Made by a program: the position numbers and the translations under genes. From contig CAMUML010000020.1 in the NCBI GenBank assembly GCA_947089855.1, positions 140-64,139 of the forward strand: a stretch of 64,000 nucleotides of DNA, read 5' to 3'. Below, in pieces: positions 11,058 to 20,974 of this stretch; positions within the stretch are counted from its first letter, which is position 1; every line of letters starts with the position of its first letter. This DNA is from an uncultured Eubacterium sp. (GTDB lineage: Bacteria; Bacillota; Clostridia; Lachnospirales; Lachnospiraceae). Below the pieces are notes generated by a model, which saw only the letters and a list, made by a program, of their open reading frames with translations, made no database searches and was not told the DNA's origin.

Positions 11058-11158
11058 CAAATAATATCGGTAAGATATACTGCAAGCCGCCAGAATTTAC
11101 AGTAATGTAACTAAAAAAGTGATTGGCTGGCCGCCCGCAGTCGGGGCATACTGTAAAT

Positions 11159-11827
11159 TTAAGTGGCGTGCGGTTTAAATTCCGCCAATATCGGCAGCTC
11201 CCCATAATACATCCCTTGCTCCAGCCGCTTATTCAGCTCTTTTTCCTCCTGTACTTTCCAGTAAAACTCCCGGATTTGCCTGCTGCGCTCCATTTTCCGT
11301 TTCCAGAAGCTGTCTTTGGATTCCTTTTCAAACAATTTGCTGCCCTGCCCGTTTAAATACCCAGCCCGGAAACATTCCGCCCGGGCCTGCGTTTTTTGCG
11401 CGCCAAACGACAATACCACATATTTCGCTCCGGCTATGCCGCTATAAGGGTCTCGGGCCATAAAATTGGACCGGATAGTATCCAGCACCCACTGCTCATA
11501 TTCCGGGTCATTTTTCATCGCCTCAAAACCGGCATCGGAAATCTGGACCGCTATATAATCATGCATATTGTCCGGACGCATCGGCAATGCTGAGATTTCG
11601 TCATAGATATGCTGCCGGTATTCTTCCATTGTCATGCCGTCCGTAAATACGGCCGCTGACACCGGCGTATCTTGTGTATCCTTGGCATCCCACGTAGCCT
11701 GGTTATAGGCTGCCGCCATTTTTTTTAGGAAATTCCCGTCTGAATTCTGGCTGTCTACCACGGTATTTGCCTTTATAAAATTCCTGCAGACCCGCTCCAT
11801 ATAGCTTACGTTCATTGTGTGAAGCAT
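11159..11827 (-). CDS. Hypothetical protein (resembles conserved Lachnospiraceae unknowns)
   Basis: 222-aa ORF with strong RBS GGAGGGG; contains 'ISDAGFEAMKNDPEYEQWVL'. Confidence 0.7.
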   Translation of the reverse strand: MLHTMNVSYMERVCRNFIKANTVVDSQNSDGNFLKKMAAAYNQATWDAKDTQDTPVSAAVFTDGMTMEEYRQHIYDEISALPMRPDNMHDYIAVQISDAGFEAMKNDPEYEQWVLDTIRSNFMARDPYSGIAGAKYVVLSFGAQKTQARAECFRAGYLNGQGSKLFEKESKDSFWKRKMERSRQIREFYWKVQEEKELNKRLEQGMYYGELPILAEFKPHAT

Positions 11828-12064
11828 AGGCTTCCCCCTCCCTTCTTTTTCCTACAGCAGCGCAGCCTGTTTTGGAGCCAGGCTGGTCCTGGCCGTAAAC
11901 CTGACGCTGGCACACTGCTAAAAATCTGCAATGTACCACTTAAAATACCCCAGCCCTACCATGCACGGCCAAAAAACCGGAAACCAAAACAAGATACTGC
12001 CACTGCTGTATTTTGTATATCGGAAAGGGGGCTTTATTTAATGATACAAATGTCGCGAATGGAT

Positions 12065-12943
12065 CTAACTATTTATTTCAATCTGATACGATACTTCAAA
12101 AACCCCGCCTGCCTGCAGGTACTGCCCCCATTCCCGCTCTTGCCAGGTGCCTGTAAAATCTAGCGCGTCGCACCTGCCATACCACGGTTCAATACAAACA
12201 AACGGCGCCTTTTTGCCTGGTACCGACCAGACGCCAAACAACGGTGCGTCAAAGCTGACGGTTACATAATGAGTGCCGTCTGGCCGTACTAGCGCTACTT
12301 GATGCGCCTGGTTATGTTCAATGACTAATGCATCTTTATCAAATAAATGGCCTGTGATGGGCAGGCGTCCATGATCTAATGTATAGTCTACTGTCTGTGT
12401 AGTTATCAGCCCGCCTTCTATGACACCTGCCGTGACCTTATCTTTTGCATCAAACCAGAGATAGTAATCCTCTTGCTGTTCTTCTTCTACCAATGGGCAG
12501 CAAAATGCCGGATGCCCGCCGATGGAAAAGTACAGGCCCGTATCGGACGGGTTGCTGACTTTCCACGTTACTGATAACGTACCCCCCTGCAGTGTATATC
12601 CGATTTCCAAGACAAAATCATAAGGGTAAATTTCCTTTGTAGCGCCGCATGATTCTAGACGGAACCAAATTTCCTGGCTATTTTGCTGTGCTAACTGAAA
12701 TTCCATGTCCCTTGCAAATCCATGCTGGCCCATTGGGTAGCGCTTTCCGTCCAAAAGGTAGCTGCCGCCGCGCAGGCCACCTACAAGCGGGAACAAAACC
12801 GGAGATGTGCGCTTCCAGTAGGCCGGGTCGGCCTGCCACATGTATTCTGTATTGCAGCCTGCTTTTTTTAGGGATTGCAGTTCTGCCCCTTTGGTGTTTA
12901 CTTGGATGGATATTTGCTGATTTTCCAATTTATATACTGGCAT
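12065..12943 (-). CDS. Aldose 1-epimerase family protein (LacX-like); start MPVYKL at 12943
   Basis: GAELQS, EYMWQ.DP.YW..SPVLFP, HGFARD, GGHPAF and FVCIEPW motifs; AGGAGG RBS. Confidence 0.9.
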   Translation of the reverse strand: MPVYKLENQQISIQVNTKGAELQSLKKAGCNTEYMWQADPAYWKRTSPVLFPLVGGLRGGSYLLDGKRYPMGQHGFARDMEFQLAQQNSQEIWFRLESCGATKEIYPYDFVLEIGYTLQGGTLSVTWKVSNPSDTGLYFSIGGHPAFCCPLVEEEQQEDYYLWFDAKDKVTAGVIEGGLITTQTVDYTLDHGRLPITGHLFDKDALVIEHNQAHQVALVRPDGTHYVTVSFDAPLFGVWSVPGKKAPFVCIEPWYGRCDALDFTGTWQEREWGQYLQAGGVFEVSYQIEINS

Positions 12944-13182
12944 ATGGCCTCCTTGTTTTGTAGGTATTTCTGGTGTATGTTTGAAATTAAATTTTGTGCA
13001 TCCGTTGGTTATTCTGTGCAAAATATACAACAGAAGCCCATTTTTAAACATGCCTTCAAGTTGTATACTGCAAAAAAGAAATAGCAAATGCAGCCGTAAA
13101 ATAGTGCTTTCCTGTAGTATACGTAAAAAATCATTGCCCGTCAACAAATCAACCCATTATTTTCCAAAAAGTCATGGAAAAG

Positions 13183-13370
13183 ACGTAACCGTTCAGATAA
13201 CCCATTGAACTGTTACGTATTCGGCCATTGCAAATCGCTCCGCGATGGGTTGCTAAACGCCAGTGGCGTTTGTTCAGCAACGACCGAAACGGAGTGGAGA
13301 CCGGATACCCTGCCGCCACTACAGTTTCATATGGCCAGCGCAGTAAATGCGCAGACCGATCTGAACTGTA
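13183..13370. repeat. Cluster of REP/MITE-like palindromic elements
   Basis: IR ACGTAACCGTTCA/TGAACTGTTACGT (13183-13218); GC hairpin GTTGCTAAACGCCA..GGCGTTT..AGCAAC; GCGCAGTAAATGCGCA (13338-13353) is the reverse complement of the MITE core at 41145-41160. Confidence 0.6.
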
Positions 13371-13593
13371 TATAAAAAGACAATCAAATTGATTGACTGC
13401 CTTTCTTCCTAAAATAAGAAAAAGCAGCAAATTGCCTTCGCTTAATGAAAACAAATTCACTGCTTTACTGCTTATATTATTAAGTTACTGTAGTAATTTT
13501 TTATCAACGGTCAATTCATTCCACCGAAAGCAACGTACCTAGCAGCCTCCTGCCGGGTGGCAATGGACTATCCAGGCCTATTGGCGGCGAAAC

Positions 13594-15933
13594 CTATTTT
13601 CTTGTTTCCTTAAAAATAATCTCCTGCCCGCTGTTATTGTTTACAACAGCCTCCACATCTGCTGCAAATGTACTGTTCCCGGAGCCTTCCATAAAGTTGA
13701 CCGTACAACGCGGCGCTGTCTGTCTAACTATTACATCTAATGGAATAGATGTCGTTACGGTTGTATCCCTTCTTGCCAGAGATAACGGGATATTCGCTGC
13801 TGTGGATCCGGATATTTCTATTTTTATTTCCTTGTTGTCTTCTGGATCCCGGTTATTCCATGCGTTTATTTGGCGGACACTTCCATTTACCGTAAGGCTT
13901 CCATCCCCGCCCCAGTTAAAGATGACGTTATCCATCTGTGCGTCTTCTGCTGCTATAATGCTGGATGTTCCGCTTACAACATATATTTTATTTCCTTTTG
14001 CATGCTCCGTCCACACGTTGCCTCCTTTGCCCCCAATCGAAATTTCCCGGAAAACCGCATAGTTTTCTATTTCTGCATTTGCGGTTTGCACGTAGATCCA
14101 GACATCCTTCCTGCTTTTTTCTTCGCTGATTGTAAGCTTGAGTGCCCCTGGCGTATTAACCATAACCTCTGTACAGCTTCGATCGGCCAATGCTTCCTCT
14201 AATTCTGCCTGGCTGGATACTCTGGCCGATTTTCCACGGTAGGTGCTCCAGCTGTAACCTGCTAAATCAATTGCCCTGCTGGTGCCTGTGTCTGATGGCA
14301 AAGGGACTTCTGCCCGGTAAAGGGTGTAAAAGTTTTTCAACTGGGCGATTACTTCTAGTTTACCATCCTTTGGTTTTACTTCCAGTTCCTTTTGTCCATC
14401 GGAAATCGCTTGTCCATTGATATTTACAAACTGTGCCTGTGTTTCCTCTTCATCCCCTGTTGCAACGGTTATATGTGAATGCAGCAGATCGATTGTTATT
14501 GCCTGCCCAGACGTAACGGTAAGTTTTCCCCGTACATCCAGTATCCTGTCTGCTTCTGTCATGCCAAACCTTGCAACAAGCTCTATATTCTTGGTAATTG
14601 CTGTTTGAAAGTCAAATTTTGAATATTTAATATTCCCTTTTTCGTCTTTTCCATCCGCATAATACCAACCGCTGAATTTATAACCATCCCCATTGCGTTT
14701 GACTATTACAGGAATATCACTTTCCTTTACTTTTTCCCCTGACCGGACTTTTATTTCTTTTCCGTCAAAACTTACTTTATAATAAGTATCCGTAACAACC
14801 GGTGCAGATGGCCTATTCGTTGTTGGCGGTGTATAAGACTGTACATCTGGGTTGAAATCCATTTTTCCTCCCGGCTGAACGTTTTGGGTGTGGTTTTTGG
14901 CATCTGTTACAGCGATGCTGCCATCACTGTTATTTTTGACGGCCATCTTTACCTCTGCTTTTACTTTACTGCCTTCAGACCCTTTTTGAAAATTGAGCAC
15001 TGTATCTACTGCCTTTACCGACGCATCCAGTGGTATCTGCGTAGTAACCTCTGCCCCTTTCGCAGCTGCATCTACTGTCAGCGGGACCATTGGCTTTTGT
15101 GCCAGGTCGCTGGAAATATCCAACGACATTTTTGCACCAACCGTTACATGGTCCACCGTACCGTTTACCACCAGTTTGGCCTTTGCCTGTGTACCCATAA
15201 AAGAAATATCACGGATGCGCCCGCCTGGGCCTACTACAATACGTGCGGAAGATGCCGTTATGCGTAGGGTATTGCCAGCTGCATTCTCATGCCAGGTATC
15301 CCCTGCAATTTCCAAAACATCAATGGACTGGAAAGTTGCACTGTTTTGAACCTCCGACGCCGGTGCTTTTACAATCAATGCCACATTGGAATAATCGCCT
15401 GGCTGGATCATAAAATTCTGTTTTTCTTTTGTATCAATTGTAACCTCTGCAAGATTTTTATCCGCCAGCGCCGCATCCAATTCCGCCTGCGTAGCAACTA
15501 TTTTTTTTGTCCCAGTAACAGTCGGCTGCTCTGGTACTTCCTGGTTTTGTGTTATAACATTCACGGTACATTTTACCAGTTTGCTGTTGTACTGCTTTCT
15601 GGCACTTGTCGCTAGCCTCGCTTTTATCTTTGTTTTTCCAACTGCTTTGCCCTTAATCATAAAATCAGATGCCGACTTACCATAAACCATAGCAATTGAC
15701 CTATCTTCCGTTGCAATTTTGGTAATACGCCATCCAATCTGGTTGTTTTTTAGCGTCATTTTGGTTGCCTGCCCGACATTCAATGTCTTATAAGACGTCC
15801 GTAAACGTACATAAGGCGTGCTTTTTGAGGCCGCACGTGCCACCGGGATGCCATCCATAGCAAATACGGCTGTGAATGCCATCGCTGCTGATAATGCCGC
15901 AGCAGCCATTCTGTTTTTTAGACCTTTTCCCAT
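13594..15933 (-). CDS. Secreted/surface protein with a duplicated ~200-aa beta-rich domain and an InlB B-repeat-like module (start MGKGLK at 15933)
   Basis: Signal peptide; 'VATQAELDAALAD' versus 'VSSQAELEEALAD' repeat; 'GYKFSGWY...FDF.TAITKNIELVARF' motif. Confidence 0.75.
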   Translation of the reverse strand: MGKGLKNRMAAAALSAAMAFTAVFAMDGIPVARAASKSTPYVRLRTSYKTLNVGQATKMTLKNNQIGWRITKIATEDRSIAMVYGKSASDFMIKGKAVGKTKIKARLATSARKQYNSKLVKCTVNVITQNQEVPEQPTVTGTKKIVATQAELDAALADKNLAEVTIDTKEKQNFMIQPGDYSNVALIVKAPASEVQNSATFQSIDVLEIAGDTWHENAAGNTLRITASSARIVVGPGGRIRDISFMGTQAKAKLVVNGTVDHVTVGAKMSLDISSDLAQKPMVPLTVDAAAKGAEVTTQIPLDASVKAVDTVLNFQKGSEGSKVKAEVKMAVKNNSDGSIAVTDAKNHTQNVQPGGKMDFNPDVQSYTPPTTNRPSAPVVTDTYYKVSFDGKEIKVRSGEKVKESDIPVIVKRNGDGYKFSGWYYADGKDEKGNIKYSKFDFQTAITKNIELVARFGMTEADRILDVRGKLTVTSGQAITIDLLHSHITVATGDEEETQAQFVNINGQAISDGQKELEVKPKDGKLEVIAQLKNFYTLYRAEVPLPSDTGTSRAIDLAGYSWSTYRGKSARVSSQAELEEALADRSCTEVMVNTPGALKLTISEEKSRKDVWIYVQTANAEIENYAVFREISIGGKGGNVWTEHAKGNKIYVVSGTSSIIAAEDAQMDNVIFNWGGDGSLTVNGSVRQINAWNNRDPEDNKEIKIEISGSTAANIPLSLARRDTTVTTSIPLDVIVRQTAPRCTVNFMEGSGNSTFAADVEAVVNNNSGQEIIFKETRK

Positions 15934-16049
15934 TTTGTTTTTCCCTTCTGTTATTGTTTTTATACATGATTTTCCAGTTTCCCTACTATTATACCCCCCC
16001 CCATAAAATGTCAACTAAATTTTACTTATGAATAGTAACACGGCTAACC

Positions 16050-17576
16050 CTAATTCCGCCCCTGGCTCTTTCTAACCATTTCCCAGGCCAGCTCTTTCAA
16101 TTCCTGAAATTCCCTGCTTTTCCTCAAAAACAGCCAAAAAATCAAACTTGGCACCAGTATGCAAATGGCGGCCCCTACGAAAACGGAAAGCCAGCTGCCG
16201 ACCCATTTTGTCAAGCCAGCCGTTACAATCCAAGCTGTTATAAACAAAACCAGATACCTGGCATACATTTTAAAAAAATCTTTTATGCTGCGATGGAAGC
16301 CATAGCGGAACAGCACGTAAGGCTCCACCCAAAAACTGGTACACAATATGCTGGCTGCTGTTCCAAGTAAAACGCCGGTAAAGCCGCAGAATTTCAGTAG
16401 AACAACCGAAATTGCCAGATTTAAAGCTGACTCTATATATGGGTTATAGCGGTCTTTCCAAAACAAGCCGTATGCACTTTTAAATTTGTTTGTAATTACA
16501 CGTATCCCTATCAGGTCAGCCATATAAAAATTAAATGCCATAATCGCTACAACCGGCTGCCCTAATACATAATCTGCGCCAAATGCCAGATAGATTACGG
16601 GGTTTGCCAGACACGCAAATCCAATGGATACGAGACTTGTAAGCCAAAAACTCAACATATATAATTTTTTATAAACGGCGTACACCATCTCCCCGGGTTC
16701 TGTATGTACCAGGTTCCCGATGCTGGAATACAAGGCTTCGTATTCTTTGTTTAAAAACCCTTTTACGGATGCCAGGATTAGGACATAATTCGAATAATAC
16801 CCAACAGCTGTTACCCCTACGAATGCAGACAGCAGCATATTATCTGTGCCTGTTACGACGGCATCGCCCAGCCGGTGCGCCATAAGTGCGTATACATCCT
16901 TATAAACCGCCCGTTTTTCTGTTTTATCCAAATATTCATTATTTTGGCGCAGGTAAGGAAATTTTTTATCTGCAATCCAGGAATTGACGATATTGCACGC
17001 AACGGTTGCGGCAATAGAAACGAAAAGGTATGGAAGAAAGGCGTGTGTCAGCAGCAAAAATAGGATCTGCCCTGTATACATCAGTACACTTTTTACCATG
17101 CTAACCTGCATAATAAGATAGTCCTGCTGGCTGGCCATCAGTATTGTCTGCTTGTATATAAAAAAATAAGAAGCTGCGTTGTTAACAACATATAGCACGT
17201 AAATGAGGGAAAGGTGCTCAATATTAGGCTGGCCTTTTATTAATACATCCAGCCAAGGGAGTACCGCCAGCCCGGCGGCTAATACTACAATGCCGATTTT
17301 TCGGTAGGCATCTTTATAAAAATTCATTAGGGCTTTGACCCGCTGTAGGTCCCCTTGGGCCAAAGGCCCATATAAATTGTACAAAACCGCGGAACCAACT
17401 CCTAGTTCGGCTAGGGAAAGCAGGGTGAGTATATTTCCAAAAAGCCCATGTATCCCTAAATATTCTGCATCCAGTACCCTTACAAATACGACTTGCGTTG
17501 CCGCTTTCATTACAACAGCAACTGCCTGTGAAAGCACTGCAAATTTACTGTTTCGGACTGCACGTTCTACCCGCAT
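16050..17576 (-). CDS. Wzx-type oligosaccharide flippase
   Basis: Many TM helices; LSLAELGVGSA and TDNMLLSAFVG..AVGYYSNY motifs. Confidence 0.85.
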   Translation of the reverse strand: MRVERAVRNSKFAVLSQAVAVVMKAATQVVFVRVLDAEYLGIHGLFGNILTLLSLAELGVGSAVLYNLYGPLAQGDLQRVKALMNFYKDAYRKIGIVVLAAGLAVLPWLDVLIKGQPNIEHLSLIYVLYVVNNAASYFFIYKQTILMASQQDYLIMQVSMVKSVLMYTGQILFLLLTHAFLPYLFVSIAATVACNIVNSWIADKKFPYLRQNNEYLDKTEKRAVYKDVYALMAHRLGDAVVTGTDNMLLSAFVGVTAVGYYSNYVLILASVKGFLNKEYEALYSSIGNLVHTEPGEMVYAVYKKLYMLSFWLTSLVSIGFACLANPVIYLAFGADYVLGQPVVAIMAFNFYMADLIGIRVITNKFKSAYGLFWKDRYNPYIESALNLAISVVLLKFCGFTGVLLGTAASILCTSFWVEPYVLFRYGFHRSIKDFFKMYARYLVLFITAWIVTAGLTKWVGSWLSVFVGAAICILVPSLIFWLFLRKSREFQELKELAWEMVRKSQGRN

Positions 17577-17795
17577 ATTAATATCCCCTTAACAATGCAA
17601 AATTTATAATTTAAAATTTATAATTTTCCATTTATAGCCGACTTTTGTAAGGAATATTTTAAAACATAGTTTTTGCAATATCTAGCTTTTTGCGCCCTTT
17701 ATTTAATTAATTGTGGGAAGATTTTTTAAGTTGTTTATTTTCAACGTTTTAATGAATTCCATGGACTTTTATCCTTTAACAACACATAAGTCTTT

Positions 17796-17841
17796 TCCAG
17801 CGCCTGGTTCTATCTTAAATGATAGCAACATCGGCGCTGGA
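17796..17841 (-). terminator. Long hairpin closing the cas operon
   Basis: TCCAGCGCC...GGCGCTGGA with additional internal pairing, about 15 bp past the TIR-SAVED stop. Confidence 0.5.
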
Positions 17842-17856
17842 TGTCTAAAATATTTA

Positions 17857-19182
17857 TTATTTTGTCAAAGATTCCTTATAAGTATCTCCATCTTGAATAT
17901 ATTCATATAACTGCACATCACCTGGAAAGACAGACCTGGTCCCTAATACAAACATTAATGGGGCTGCAGTATCTGTGAATAAGTGGATCTTACATCCACT
18001 CCCAGTTCTGCATTTCACCATTTTTTCAAGTAGATATTCCGCCATGCTTTCCAACGTATCTGCATCTGTTATCATCCGTTTTTCCTGAAATAGATATGCC
18101 TTGCAATATTTTTTCTGCTCTGTTTCCATATATTCTTGTACTGTCGTTAAAATATCCCCCAGGCCTTTCGGCTTAATGGATATAATACATACAATATCTG
18201 CACTATTACAGCAGTTCCCATCGTATTGCTTACAAAAATCTTTAATTTCTACATTATGGACTATTCTACTGAATGCAAAACCATCGCGCTGATCCTGTTT
18301 GCTGGCTGTCAAAACCAGATTCCGGTTTCCTGATGCCTGCTTCAATTCACCATATAACTGCCCCAACTTATAAGCAATACTCAAATGGCAATTTAAATGA
18401 ATCCTCCATTTCACATCCGGCAAGTCACTTAGTTTTTCTTTTATCCATTTAAAATCTGCCGATATGTACTTCCAGAAATCCTCCCAACTTGTATTCGGTT
18501 TTAAACATTTACCGTCATCCTCATTTATAAAAGCTTTTCCTAATATATTCCAGTCATAATTTTGATCCCATTGAAAAGTATTAGCATATGGGCACATAGT
18601 CTGTACCCTCAGCGAATACGCTTCACCTCTTTCTTTCTGACTTATTGTTTGTATTATCATCTTCCTCTTAATACTATTATGCACAATATCATAGATCTGG
18701 TCTCGCACCGCTTCCCAGTTTGGCTGGCAAAATTCCATTTTTGTACAATCTCCGGCAGCAGTATCTCCATAAACGTTTAATATAGAATATATATGGTCAT
18801 AAATATCATCATCAATTTTACGGCAGTCATCCATATTAATAATAAAAAATTGTGCTTCCTTGCCTGGCTCCCGTTTTTTTAGAATCTCTTGTAATTCTAA
18901 AGGCGTAAATTTACCTTCGCTATAATTGCTCGAATAGAGGACAACTGCATAGTTAGAATTCCTAAAGATCCCTTTTAATGTCTCCCGGAATGAATTTGCA
19001 ATTGCTATAGCTTCTGGGCGAAGCACATCCATAAAAAATTTCCTTGCAAAAATGAAATCTAGTTCTTCTCCAATCATCCTTGCTATTTTACTATCCTTAT
19101 GGGCATAAGATAATGCTATTTCATATGTTTTTCTACTGTCCTTATAAGCATAAGGCAATGCATTTTCGTATTCTTTATCCAT
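17857..19182 (-). CDS. TIR-SAVED cyclic-oligonucleotide-activated effector (putative NADase)
   Basis: N-terminal TIR (IALSYAHKD, FFMD, AVVLYSSNY, FTPLEL with putative catalytic Glu); C-terminal SAVED (IHLNCHLSIAYKLG, IHLFTDTAAPLMFVLG, VQLYEY). Confidence 0.82.
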   Translation of the reverse strand: MDKEYENALPYAYKDSRKTYEIALSYAHKDSKIARMIGEELDFIFARKFFMDVLRPEAIAIANSFRETLKGIFRNSNYAVVLYSSNYSEGKFTPLELQEILKKREPGKEAQFFIINMDDCRKIDDDIYDHIYSILNVYGDTAAGDCTKMEFCQPNWEAVRDQIYDIVHNSIKRKMIIQTISQKERGEAYSLRVQTMCPYANTFQWDQNYDWNILGKAFINEDDGKCLKPNTSWEDFWKYISADFKWIKEKLSDLPDVKWRIHLNCHLSIAYKLGQLYGELKQASGNRNLVLTASKQDQRDGFAFSRIVHNVEIKDFCKQYDGNCCNSADIVCIISIKPKGLGDILTTVQEYMETEQKKYCKAYLFQEKRMITDADTLESMAEYLLEKMVKCRTGSGCKIHLFTDTAAPLMFVLGTRSVFPGDVQLYEYIQDGDTYKESLTK

Positions 19183-19212
19183 CTGTAATCCCTCTCTGTA
19201 CTTAAACTGTGC

Positions 19213-19911
19213 TTATCCGTTTGTTTCTTGTAAGATTTCTTTCACTTTAGCAATCTTTACTAGCTGCTTTTGGGATACCTTTCTCCCTTCCCATTTTCCA
19301 ATCTTGTTCCAGTATTCCATTAATAGCAAAGCCACCGTTTTTCTATCTTGTGCATCCAATAACCCTTCGCCATCCAATTGCCTGTAATATACCATATCTT
19401 TTTGCTTTTCAAAGATCTCATTTTTCCACTTTTCTTTTCCAGATAATTCATCTACCCTCCTTCGTTCTTCATCCAGTACCTGCTCTTTTTCTTTACGAGC
19501 TATTAATTTCTTCTTCCTTTCTTTTTGACAACTCAACAGGTATTTCGTAAAATATTCATCCCCTTTTGCCATCCACTCGGCATAACAATAATACAAATAT
19601 AATTCCTGGAAAGTAAATGACCTGATTTCTTTACGTAACTGGCTGCTTTGCTGGCTGCCAATCCCAAATGCCAACCGCGCAATCTGCTGAAGCTGCTCCC
19701 TTCTGCAACCATTGATCTGCTTACTTTCCCCACGCCAAAATCCTTGCATGATACCAATCAACCTTTCCTTTTTTTCCTTTTCCGTAGGCTGTGCGGCAGC
19801 CGTTCTGATGCAATTTTCTACTTCTGATAACGCAGAATCACAATCATTCCCAATCTGCCCCTTATGCAAATTTATGCTAATAACTGTTTGCAATACGATT
19901 TCCTTTTGCAT
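19213..19911 (-). CDS. Uncharacterised helical CRISPR-associated protein
   Basis: Overlaps the upstream RAMP gene; predicted all-alpha with a coiled stretch; C-terminal 'YW..IGKW....SQKQ..KI..VKEIL' motif. Confidence 0.7.
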   Translation of the reverse strand: MQKEIVLQTVISINLHKGQIGNDCDSALSEVENCIRTAAAQPTEKEKKERLIGIMQGFWRGESKQINGCRREQLQQIARLAFGIGSQQSSQLRKEIRSFTFQELYLYYCYAEWMAKGDEYFTKYLLSCQKERKKKLIARKEKEQVLDEERRRVDELSGKEKWKNEIFEKQKDMVYYRQLDGEGLLDAQDRKTVALLLMEYWNKIGKWEGRKVSQKQLVKIAKVKEILQETNG

Positions 19912-20974
19912 CTCCCATTATCCTCTCCAGTTCTTTGATCGCCAATGCAATATCCCAGGTACTTTCTTCCCGGTAATCCTTTGCCCATTTTTCAATAAGT
20001 TCCCTGCTGATCCCGGTTACCGATGGATACCTGCCTGGCATACTTTCTGCACCTATCAAATCAACCTGTACTTTTCCATATCCAAAAGGTTTTCCATATC
20101 CTATTTTCATATTATAAAAATGCCCAATGTCCAAAGCATAAGCTAAAAGCTTTCCTTCTTCCTCACGTAACCCCTGAAACCGAACCTCCCCCTCGAAGAC
20201 GCTTCCAGGAGGAATTACTTCATAATTATCTTCTTGGACATCTTTTAATTCCAGTTCCTTTGCGGTACTATAAAATTTCCTTCCACGGAATCCCATTTTA
20301 CGGCCTGTTCCAGCCACTTCCCTATTCAAATAATAATCCTGTTTTGTACAGCTCCCGCAATCGCCTGCTTCACAAGCCATACAATAGTAAAGCCTTTCAT
20401 TCCCATAATTACACTTTCTATATTTCACACCAAACCTATCATGTTCCTTTGGATAGTTCGAAAATGGACTTTTCATCTGTGGAATCTTCTTCTTATCCAA
20501 AACTCCGCATTTCAACACAAACTCCCCAAACTGGGCCCTTCCCTTAAAACTTCCCGAATCACTCATCATCCCAAATATAAAACAGGACATGCAAAGCCCT
20601 TTTACGTTGGAGCAGGCCTTGTTATTGCCTTCGGGTAGGATAGTTTTTAATATAGGATCTGGTACTTTAACTGCACAACTATAAGAAACCGCTTCCGCAA
20701 CAGACCGAACCACCCCTTTCAAACTACTGCCCGGGATCACGATTTGCCCGTTCCTACGTACCTGCCGCTTTATAATATTTCCATTTTCATCATAGTCCTG
20801 CTGCCCGCTTCCAATATGTAAATGTGACTGGGTTGTAATCTTTAATTTCAGCTTACCGCTATAAGAACATTTTTCCCTAATCTGCTGCTGGCAATAATCT
20901 TCTTGCCGACATTGTTCCAAAAGCGGGATAAATTCATATGGCTTGTCCTTTAATAAAGTTTCTCGCTCCGGCAT
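19877..20974 (-). CDS. Cas7-group RAMP with insertion (type III-D terminal Cas7)
   Basis: PYEFIP, LHIGSG, IPGSSLKG, GRKFY and KIGYGKPFGYG motifs. Confidence 0.88.
   Translation of the reverse strand: MPERETLLKDKPYEFIPLLEQCRQEDYCQQQIREKCSYSGKLKLKITTQSHLHIGSGQQDYDENGNIIKRQVRRNGQIVIPGSSLKGVVRSVAEAVSYSCAVKVPDPILKTILPEGNNKACSNVKGLCMSCFIFGMMSDSGSFKGRAQFGEFVLKCGVLDKKKIPQMKSPFSNYPKEHDRFGVKYRKCNYGNERLYYCMACEAGDCGSCTKQDYYLNREVAGTGRKMGFRGRKFYSTAKELELKDVQEDNYEVIPPGSVFEGEVRFQGLREEEGKLLAYALDIGHFYNMKIGYGKPFGYGKVQVDLIGAESMPGRYPSVTGISRELIEKWAKDYREESTWDIALAIKELERIMGDAKGNRIANSY

Noticed and set aside
12017-12040. Sigma-28 promoter (TAAA...TCCGATAT) for the 222-aa gene
   Set aside because: The spacer is only 12 bp, shorter than the usual 15-16; left uncalled
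17577-17856. CRISPR array downstream of TIR-SAVED
   Set aside because: Only AT-rich DNA, a short AAAATTTATAATTT duplication and one hairpin
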